Positions 1 through 5,973 of a stretch of 15,188 bases of DNA are shown in pieces. Each line of letters begins with the position of its first letter. The first letter of the stretch is position 1. The notes under the pieces are model-generated. The model ran no database searches, was not told the origin of the DNA, and was given only the letters and a program-made list of their open reading frames with translations. The position numbers were made by a program, and so were the translations under genes. The stretch comes from Candidatus Hydrogenedentota bacterium (GTDB taxonomy: Bacteria; Hydrogenedentota; Hydrogenedentia; Hydrogenedentales; SLHB01), in assembly GCA_034408725.1 (NCBI GenBank), contig JAWXCN010000039.1:1-15188 (forward strand). Direction: 5' to 3'.

Positions 1-670
1 GATCGCGCAGCGCCGTGCGCAGCGATTCGAGCGTGCCCGAAAGGCGGCCCAGCGATTCCGTCCGCCGGATGAGTCCGACCACGCTGGCGGTCAAGAACTG
101 GCGTTCAAGCCAGAGCAGGTTATCGTCTTCGTCGGGCGCCTGTTCGGGCGTGTCCGCCGCCTGCGGATAATGCCGCTTGATCGTGTACCACAACGCATCC
201 GGCGTACACATCACGGGCCTGGCCTTGAGCCCCGTGAGGTTCTCCACCTCGTATAGCGCGCGCGTGTTCAGCGGATACACCATCGCGACGGTGAGCATGT
301 GGCCGATTTTTTCCACTGGGAGCAGTTCATGACGCATTGCCATTTCCCGGGGCACGAGTTCGATGCACTCATTTCTTACGTCGTAGTTATGCAAATCGAT
401 AATTCCGACGCCCGCTTCTCGTGCCACGACGCGGATAAAGGTCTGCATGTCGAGATAGCCCAGGCTGATGAGCGTTTTGGCGAGTTTTCCGCCGTGTCGC
501 ATCTGGGCATTAAGCGCATCGTCGAGTTGTTTAGAGGAGATAACACCGGCGGTGACGAGCAGTTCGCCAATCCGCATGGTTTTGCGGGAAGCGTTCCCGA
601 GAGTTGAGGAGTGTTCCTGGACGAAATCGAACGGCGTACTCGTACCATATTTTGTGGCTGGAACCGTCAT
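1..670 (-). CDS. MshEN (c-di-GMP-binding)/GspE-PilB N-terminal domain protein, 3'-truncated by the window edge; possibly continues into an HDOD-like domain
   Basis: Not in the ORF track because it runs off the edge. Manual minus-strand translation is open from 718 to 2: MTVPATKYG...MRIGELLVTAGVISSKQLDDALNAQMRHGGKLAKTLISLGYLDMQTFIRVVAREAGVGIIDLHNYDVRNECIELVPREMAMRHELLPVEKIGHMLTVAMVYPLNTRALYEVENLTGLKARPVMCTPDALWYTIKRHYP... This matches the MshEN motif RLGxxLLxxGxIxxxxLxxxLxxQ and the GspE N-terminal 'LtVAMxdPln' signature. In-frame ATGs are at 715, 691, 670 and 577; 670 is chosen because of the promoter position. Confidence 0.85.
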   Translation of the reverse strand, partial: MTVPATKYGTSTPFDFVQEHSSTLGNASRKTMRIGELLVTAGVISSKQLDDALNAQMRHGGKLAKTLISLGYLDMQTFIRVVAREAGVGIIDLHNYDVRNECIELVPREMAMRHELLPVEKIGHMLTVAMVYPLNTRALYEVENLTGLKARPVMCTPDALWYTIKRHYPQAADTPEQAPDEDDNLLWLERQFLTASVVGLIRRTESLGRLSGTLESLRTALRD

Positions 671-676
671 AAGGTC

Positions 677-705
677 ATTATATAGTACCATCGGTAGTCT
701 GTCAA
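677..705 (-). promoter_or_regulatory. Perfect-consensus sigma70 promoter for the MshEN gene
   Basis: Minus strand reads TTGACA (705-700), 17 nt, TATAAT (682-677), then 6 nt and ATG at 670. Confidence 0.8.
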
Positions 706-734
706 CGTTTTCCATGCTCTAGTCAATAAATTAC

Positions 735-763
735 TTGACAGGCATGGGCGCGAGCAATATAAT
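735..763 (+). promoter_or_regulatory. Perfect-consensus sigma70 promoter for the small ORF/rarA unit
   Basis: TTGACA (735-740), 17 nt, TATAAT (758-763). Confidence 0.8.
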
Positions 764-782
764 ACTGAATATAAGATCAGTA
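763..782. promoter_or_regulatory. Palindromic operator candidate overlapping the -10 box and transcription start
   Basis: TACTGA-ATATAAGA-TCAGTA, i.e. CTG-N10-CAG. The dyad extends outward as TATA (758-761) / TATA (784-787) after one mismatch. Confidence 0.55.
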
Positions 783-808
783 ATATAACGGCCAGGGAGT
801 GCACGGTC

Positions 809-988
809 ATGAGCAATGTCTATCTCTTTGATCTCGATGCCTACAACAAGGCCCGGCGTCGGCGATACGTCGTCCGGCAGACCCGCCTGTCGCGCCACCC
901 CGGCATCGAGCAGGCGCTGATGCGGCTGAAACAGACCATCGATACGCAGCCGCGCGAGAAAGCGCAAGGCGGTTCGGCGAGGCGGTAG
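809..988 (+). CDS. Small basic hypothetical protein, 59 aa
   Basis: MSNVYLFDLDAYNKARRRRYVVRQTRLSRHPGIEQALMRLKQTIDTQPREKAQGGSARR*. SD-like AGGGAG at 794-799, lies just downstream of the consensus promoter, fills the gap before rarA, and has mostly G/C-ending codons. It is absent from the ORF track, presumably below the length cut-off. Confidence 0.65.
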   Translation: MSNVYLFDLDAYNKARRRRYVVRQTRLSRHPGIEQALMRLKQTIDTQPREKAQGGSARR

Positions 989-1035
989 TGCTTGGGTGCT
1001 GCGGAAGAAGTGGACTGATCTTGTACGATGTGTGA

Positions 1036-2349
1036 ATGGCTGACGATCTGTTTAAGCATGCCGCCGCCGAACGATTGAAGAAGGAAGCGCCCCTTGCGCG
1101 CCGGGTCGCGCCGCGCAGCATCGACGACGTCGTTGGCCAGGACCATATCCTCGGCGCGGGGAAAATTCTGCGGCGCGCAATCGAAGCGGACCGCATCACT
1201 TCCCTGATTCTTTATGGCCCGCCGGGCTGTGGAAAGACGGCCCTTGCCCGCGTGATTGCGATGCAGACGCGGTCGGCGTTCGACAATCTGAACGCGGTTA
1301 CTTCCGGCGTGAAAGAGTTGCGCGCGCTCATTGATGCGGCAAAGGCGCGGCGCGTACACGACGGCCGTAAGACCATTGTATTCGTCGACGAAATCCACCG
1401 GTTCAACCGCGCGCAACAGGACGCGCTGTTGCCGGATGTCGAAAATGGGAACATCGTTCTAATCGGCGCGACAACCGAAAACCCGTTTTTCTCCGTGGTC
1501 GCGCCGTTGTTGTCCCGGTCGCAAATATTCGAGTTGCACCCGCACACCGAAGAAGTGTTGGTGGAGCTGATGCGCAGGGCGTTGGCGCACTCCGAGCGCG
1601 GGTTTGATGGAGTCGAGGTTGTCGCGGATGACGACGCGCTCAAGCACATCGCGCGGTATGCCGAAGGGGATGCGCGCCGGGCACTGAACGCGATCGAGAT
1701 CGCGATGATCACGACGCCCCCGGTGGACGGCGCGATGGACATCACGCGCGCCATTGCCGAAGAATCGATCCAGCGCAAACTGGTGCATTACGACGGCACG
1801 GGGGATGAGCATTATGACGCGGCCTCGGCGTTCATCAAGAGCATGCGCGGCACCGATCCCGATTCGGCGTTGTACTGGATGGCGCGTATGCTGCACGCGG
1901 GGGAGAGTCCGCGGTTCGTCGCGCGTCGCATCTGTATCGCGGCGTCCGAGGACGTCGGAAACGCTGACCCGATGGCGCTTGTGGTGGCGACCGCGGCGTG
2001 GCAGGCTTGCGAGTTCATCGGCATGCCCGAAGCGCAGATTATTCTCGCGCAAGCGGCGACCTATGTGGCGTGCGCGCCGAAGAGCAACGCCGCGTACATG
2101 GGAATTATGAAGGCGCGGGAAGACGTGCAACAGGCGAAGACGGTGATGGTGCCGAAGCATTTGCAGGATATGCACTACCCCGGCGCGCAACGGCTTGGCC
2201 GCGGAGAAGGCTACGTGTATCCGCACGATCATCCCGAGGGATACGCGCCACAGCATTATGGGGTGGAGCGGGGCGCGTATTACAAACCAGTAGATCGCGG
2301 AAAGGAAGCGGAGTTTAAGGCGCGGTTGGAGAAATTGGAAGAAAAGTAG
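1036..2349 (+). CDS. rarA: Replication-associated recombination protein A (RarA/MgsA AAA+ ATPase)
   Basis: PLARRVAPRSIDDVVGQDH, Walker A GPPGCGKT, Walker B FVDEIHRFNRAQQDALLP, GATTENP, and the MgsA C-terminal motifs SAFIKSMRGTDPD, ASEDVGNADP, APKSNAAY, YVYPHD. Confidence 0.97.
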   Translation: MADDLFKHAAAERLKKEAPLARRVAPRSIDDVVGQDHILGAGKILRRAIEADRITSLILYGPPGCGKTALARVIAMQTRSAFDNLNAVTSGVKELRALIDAAKARRVHDGRKTIVFVDEIHRFNRAQQDALLPDVENGNIVLIGATTENPFFSVVAPLLSRSQIFELHPHTEEVLVELMRRALAHSERGFDGVEVVADDDALKHIARYAEGDARRALNAIEIAMITTPPVDGAMDITRAIAEESIQRKLVHYDGTGDEHYDAASAFIKSMRGTDPDSALYWMARMLHAGESPRFVARRICIAASEDVGNADPMALVVATAAWQACEFIGMPEAQIILAQAATYVACAPKSNAAYMGIMKAREDVQQAKTVMVPKHLQDMHYPGAQRLGRGEGYVYPHDHPEGYAPQHYGVERGAYYKPVDRGKEAEFKARLEKLEEK

Positions 2350-2377
2350 GGATGTGAATGATGGGACGGGGAAGTGT

Positions 2378-2657
2378 TCCAAGGCGCCGTGAAAATTCGC
2401 GCGTAGCGCCTTGGAGTGCGGCAGCGGGTAGCTGCCGCTTTCCATTTCCTGGGCAAGGTCGCTTCGCAATTAAGCGCGGTTGCCCCGATTTATATTCGCG
2501 TGTTCCTGATGCCTTCAAACTTATTGAGGTATTTCGCGTATCCGAAGTGAAAGCGGCGCTGACACGCCGCAGTCCAAGGCGGCCAAATGACGTCCAAAAT
2601 CCGCAGGTAGCTGCCGCTTTCACTTACACGGGCAATGTTGCGTCGCAATTTAGCGCG
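2378..2657. repeat. REP/BIME-like palindromic repeat cluster (GGAGTGCGGC...GCCGCTTT type)
   Basis: Unit CGCCTTGGAGTGCGGCAGC-GGGTA-GCTGCCGCTTTC at 2407-2442; inverted copy TGAAAGCGGCGCTGACACGCCGCAGTCCAAGGCG at 2548-2581; 10-bp inverted repeat 2378-2387/2406-2415; 52-bp direct repeat 2427-2478/2606-2657 (43/52 identical). Confidence 0.75.
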
Positions 2658-2680
2658 CCCTGCACGCGCTCCGAATCGTC

Positions 2681-2709
2681 TTGCTCGCTTGCGGAGCGTG
2701 TGCTAGAAT
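2681..2709 (+). promoter_or_regulatory. Putative sigma70 promoter with extended -10
   Basis: TTGCTC (2681-2686), 17 nt, TAGAAT (2704-2709) preceded by TG at 2701-2702; lies 31 nt upstream of ATG 2741. Confidence 0.5.
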
Positions 2710-2740
2710 CCGCGTATTGGATTAAGGGTGGGGTTTTGAC

Positions 2741-3181
2741 ATGAAACGTTTTTGGTTCGCAAGCGTCGCCGTAGCCATGATTGTAACCGTGATGCCGGGT
2801 TGCGCCCGCGCCTCGAAAGACACGACCGGCTATACCATGGAAGATTCCATCACTGTCGCGAAACCATTGGACGAGACCTGGCAAGACACCAAGACTGTCC
2901 TGCGCGAAATGGAAATGGACATTTATACCCGCGACAAGCGGGGAGAGTTCGTAGCGTTCACGCCCATGAAGCGCCAGTTGTACGTCGGCACCCCCAACCG
3001 GACCAAACTTACCATAGTGCTGAAAGAGGCCACCGCGAATTCAACGACGGTATCCATCGAGACCGTTGCCCAGGTCTACGGCGTGACCCTGCTGACCTAC
3101 CCCGACTGGCATGATCGAAAAGCCGCGCACAACAACGAAGCGGTCGCGATCATCGAGGCGTTGAAGACGAAATCTTCCTAG
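2741..3181 (+). CDS. Putative lipoprotein of unknown function (146 aa; loosely DUF3568/BamC-repeat-like)
   Basis: N-terminal MKR, a hydrophobic stretch and a lipobox-like MPG-C21; 'KPLDETWQDTKTVLREMEMDI' helix followed by predicted beta strands. The family assignment is by eye only. Confidence 0.75.
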   Translation: MKRFWFASVAVAMIVTVMPGCARASKDTTGYTMEDSITVAKPLDETWQDTKTVLREMEMDIYTRDKRGEFVAFTPMKRQLYVGTPNRTKLTIVLKEATANSTTVSIETVAQVYGVTLLTYPDWHDRKAAHNNEAVAIIEALKTKSS

Positions 3182-3309
3182 CCCCTCCACCGTTTTATAT
3201 AATTATCACTTTTCTTTTCTTCGTTCGTTAGTCAAAAATGCATTGTTTTCTTTATATACAACGCATGCCGATGATTACAAACCATAAATTCTCTCAATTC
3301 CTGTATTGC

Positions 3310-3338
3310 TTGCACTATCCGCAGTCAAGTGATATAAT
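3310..3338 (+). promoter_or_regulatory. Sigma70 promoter with extended -10, downstream of an AT-rich tract
   Basis: TTGCAC (3310-3315), 17 nt, TATAAT (3333-3338) with TG at 3330-3331; AT-rich region at about 3190-3305 upstream. Confidence 0.65.
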
Positions 3339-3380
3339 CTCTAGTGATGGGAGGACTGGCCTCCAGAAAGCGAGCGGAAT

Positions 3381-3839
3381 ATGTTGTCAATGGTCGAAGT
3401 AAAATGCCCCCACTGCGGAGTGCGCGGCCAGATCATGTTGCCGCCGCTGGGAGCAATTATTGTAGGGCCGTGCCCGCAATGCGAGGAACTTGTGGTCGTG
3501 TTTTGCGGCCGCGTGCTGCCGTTAAATAAAGAGACTATGGTCAACGGATCGACGGAGGAAAAGCACGAGCATCTCAAGGGTGTTCTGGTGGACTTTATTG
3601 ATGACCGCATCCACAAGGTGGTCGAGCAATTGACTCCGGAAGTGGCGGAAGGTCTTCATGACTACACGCCTGAAACCGATGACTATACGCCTCAATCGAC
3701 GGCCAGCGAGCGGTCGGGCCCAGGCGACACCGCCGTGGCTGAAGAAGAGACAATTTCGGACACGGAGTTGGATCAATTTCTGCGGTTTGATCTCCCGCGA
3801 ATCGACAACAAGGATTACTTCCACACCATATTTGAGTGA
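3381..3839 (+). CDS. Hypothetical Zn-ribbon protein with acidic C-terminal half (152 aa)
   Basis: CPHC and CPQC pairs (VEVKCPHCG...GPCPQCEE); flanked by its own promoter and terminator. An alternative start is ATG 3390. Confidence 0.8.
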   Translation: MLSMVEVKCPHCGVRGQIMLPPLGAIIVGPCPQCEELVVVFCGRVLPLNKETMVNGSTEEKHEHLKGVLVDFIDDRIHKVVEQLTPEVAEGLHDYTPETDDYTPQSTASERSGPGDTAVAEEETISDTELDQFLRFDLPRIDNKDYFHTIFE

Positions 3840-3860
3840 CCAAGGATGAGGGTATAGGGC

Positions 3861-3898
3861 ATGTCCCTGGTTCCAGCCGGAACCGGGGGCATTTTTTT
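3861..3898 (+). terminator. Rho-independent terminator of the Zn-ribbon gene
   Basis: ATGTCCCTGGTTCC-AGCC-GGAACCGGGGGCAT stem (two G-U pairs) running into a T7 tract. Confidence 0.85.
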
Positions 3899-3978
3899 AG
3901 TGGCCGCAAAAAAAATAGAATCGGCGAACGGCAGTCTTAGAAATTGCCCGCTGTTGGCAGGGCCATGCCTTTTGACAA

Positions 3979-4014
3979 CAAAGAGCGGGGCTGATTGCTC
4001 AGCCCCGCTCTTTG
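3979..4014 (-). terminator. Intrinsic terminator hairpin downstream of rpsU (possibly bidirectional)
   Basis: Perfect 16-bp stem CAAAGAGCGGGGCTGA-TTGC-TCAGCCCCGCTCTTTG, 21 nt after the rpsU stop; reads ...CTCTTTGTTGT on the minus strand. Confidence 0.8.
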
Positions 4015-4035
4015 AACATAAAACCCTGCAAGGGG

Positions 4036-4227
4036 TTACTCTTCTGCGTGCAATGCCGCAGCCCGCGCGATTGCTTTTGCCAGTTTACGGCGGCGCTTCT
4101 CGCTGGGCTTTTCGTAGTGCTTGACCTCTTTCAGGCGTTGCATGAGGCCCTCTTTGTTGCACTTTTTCTTGAACCGCCGAAGAGCCTTTTCAAATGGCTC
4201 GTCGGACTTGACGCGCACTTTCGTCAC
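4036..4227 (-). CDS. rpsU: 30S ribosomal protein S21 (bS21)
   Basis: MTKVRVKSDEPFEKALRRFKKKCNKEGLMQRLKEVKHYEKPSEKRRRK is the S21 signature; GTG start with a strong SD GGGGAGGT upstream. Confidence 0.97.
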   Translation of the reverse strand: MTKVRVKSDEPFEKALRRFKKKCNKEGLMQRLKEVKHYEKPSEKRRRKLAKAIARAAALHAEE

Positions 4228-4328
4228 GTCGAATCAACCTCCCCTCTATCTAAAGTAGTTATGAAAACCGATTGCGGTGTATCGAACGGGACATAGCAAA
4301 CGCGCAAAGCGCACATAGCTAGCCCGAT

Positions 4329-4357
4329 ATGTTAGCACACGCCCCGGGGGGAGTCAA
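4329..4357 (-). promoter_or_regulatory. Putative rpsU promoter
   Basis: Minus strand TTGACT (4357-4352), 17 nt, extended -10 TGcTAACAT (TAACAT at 4334-4329). Confidence 0.6.
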
Positions 4358-4384
4358 CGCAAGTGACAGAATGTTGCGGGGGCC

Positions 4385-4430
4385 GGGGACAGCCACCGGC
4401 ATCCAAAACGCGATGCCGGTGACAGTCCCC
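4385..4430. repeat. REP-like imperfect palindrome (GGGGACAG...AGTCCCC type)
   Basis: GGGGACAGCCACCGGCATC-CAAAACGC-GATGCCGGTGACAGTCCCC; arms match at 17/19; no U tract. Confidence 0.65.
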
Positions 4431-4499
4431 TTGGGCTGTTCCCGGTCCCACGCATCGAACTCGAACCCCCGCATACCAAACCCTGGCCAGTCGAACTCG

Positions 4500-5801
4500 C
4501 TACTGGTCCATAAATCCCTTCGTCTGCAACCACTTGGCCTGTTCCGGCCAGAATCCATCGACTCGTCTGCGGAAAGGGAATGCTGCGTCTTTGGTTGCCG
4601 GGAGTTTGACGCCGTGGTCCGCGCCTGGGAACGCGATGATGGTCATGTCGTTGCCCGTTTCAGCCTTGACCTTGTTCAGCATCGCGACGCCTTCCGCGGT
4701 CGGGTTGCTGTCGTCTGCTTCTCCGTAGATGAAGAGCATCGGGATATCCAGTTCCCGGACGACGGGTTCCGGGTCGAAATCCATCACGCGGCGGTACCAG
4801 CGCTGGAAGATCGCGTCCGGCGGCCGGGGTACCCATTCGAGTTTCGAAAACCACGGCTTTTGCCGCATGGGCTGCATCCATTCCAGAAATTCCTGGTACC
4901 CCTGTTCCGTGCGCACAGTGACGTTATAACGGCGCAGCATGTCCACGGCCTCGGCAATGTCCTGTTCCGAAAATCCGTTGGCGCGCAGGGTATATTCGTA
5001 ATCATAAAAGCCTTCCCGTTCGACGAGAGCGGTGCCGCCAGAAATGCAAATGAAATACGCGGTATCGGGGCAGCGCTGGGCGGCAATTTCCATGAGCCAT
5101 CCCGCTTGGCTGATACCCCAAAACCCGATGCGCTTCGGGTCGACGTCGGGCCGTGTTTGAAGATAGCGCAACCCCGCGATTCCGTCGTCCGCGAGTTCGT
5201 TGAAGCCGACGTCTAACCATTTGCCGGTGGACTTGCCGTTGCCGCGCTTGTCGAATACAAGACACACCATGCCATGTCGGGCGAACCAGTCGGCCGGTTC
5301 ATTGTACATCCAGCGATCATTGTCGCCGCTGCCGTGCAACAGCACCACTGCGCCGTGCTTTGCGTTCGCGGCCGGGGCATACACGGCGCCCGCGAGCGTG
5401 ACGTCGCCGTTTGTAAACGTCACCTGTTCGACGGTATACGCCAACGCCGGTTTCGGCGACTTGCGCGCCGCGAACTGCATTGAATGCTTGCCCAATTCCG
5501 CCGTGCCGGCGAGGCTTTGGTTGTCGCCCCGGCCTTTGAGTTCGCCGTCGAACACGAATTGCGTTTCAAATCCGAACCGAGCCTGGAACGTGTTCCGCTT
5601 CACCTCGACAGACCGGAACACGTGTCCCATCCATCCATATTCAGGCAACGAGACACTGCCCGAGACGGTTTCGCCAGTCTCCGTGAATTCCAGGGCGAGC
5701 GGGGTTTCCTGACCGTTGTTTTTCAAGACACCTTGCCAATATCCGGCAACGGAATCCGCGTGCGCGGCGCACGCCGCGAGAATACAAAGTACAAGTCGCA
5801 T
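4500..5801 (-). CDS. Secreted alpha/beta-fold serine hydrolase (peptidase S9/S15-like esterase or peptidase)
   Basis: Signal peptide MRLVLCILAACAAHA; VVLLHGSG, FDKRGNGKSTG, nucleophile elbow GFWGISQAGW, acid residue in YGEADD, His in FPGADH. Confidence 0.9.
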   Translation of the reverse strand: MRLVLCILAACAAHADSVAGYWQGVLKNNGQETPLALEFTETGETVSGSVSLPEYGWMGHVFRSVEVKRNTFQARFGFETQFVFDGELKGRGDNQSLAGTAELGKHSMQFAARKSPKPALAYTVEQVTFTNGDVTLAGAVYAPAANAKHGAVVLLHGSGDNDRWMYNEPADWFARHGMVCLVFDKRGNGKSTGKWLDVGFNELADDGIAGLRYLQTRPDVDPKRIGFWGISQAGWLMEIAAQRCPDTAYFICISGGTALVEREGFYDYEYTLRANGFSEQDIAEAVDMLRRYNVTVRTEQGYQEFLEWMQPMRQKPWFSKLEWVPRPPDAIFQRWYRRVMDFDPEPVVRELDIPMLFIYGEADDSNPTAEGVAMLNKVKAETGNDMTIIAFPGADHGVKLPATKDAAFPFRRRVDGFWPEQAKWLQTKGFMDQ

Positions 5802-5865
5802 GGCAGTTCCTCTTTTCTTCGTTTGATGCCGGAGGCCGTGCGCGGGTTTACAGAGACGTTAGTGC

Positions 5866-5951
5866 TGGATTGCGGCGGTCAAGTTTGTTCGACGTGCCCT
5901 AGCGTCAAAGCGGTAGCGTAGTCCGAAGCGGACTCTGCTCGCGCACTGCAT
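5866..5951. repeat. Degenerate REP-like element related to the 2407-2581 family
   Basis: TGGATTGCGGCGG (5866-5878) and CAAAGCGGTAGC...GCTCGCGCACTGCA (5906-5950), enclosing the hairpin AGTCCG-AAG-CGGACT (5920-5934). Confidence 0.45.
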
Positions 5952-5973
5952 ACCGGAGCATGCGCGGAGGCGC

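Noticed and set aside
299-607. 102-aa plus-strand ORF, and overlapping ORFs 376-648 and 468-722
   Set aside because: Shadow or off-frame ORFs of the minus-strand MshEN gene.
770-1025. 6S RNA or another housekeeping ncRNA
   Set aside because: Only the 12-bp terminal pairing is visible, with no extended rod structure found by eye, and a plausible coding ORF lies inside; an Rfam/Infernal scan would be decisive.
1459-2469. 336-aa minus-strand ORF
   Set aside because: Antisense shadow of rarA; expected in high-GC DNA; no motifs.
2378-2657. CRISPR array
   Set aside because: Repeats alternate in orientation, are degenerate, lack regular unique spacers, and no cas genes are present.
2358-2744. 128-aa plus-strand ORF between rarA and the lipoprotein
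   Set aside because: Runs through the REP cluster and a promoter, with atypical Arg/Ser/Pro-rich composition; likely spurious.
4329-5216. 295-aa plus-strand ORF
   Set aside because: Antisense to the well-supported hydrolase.
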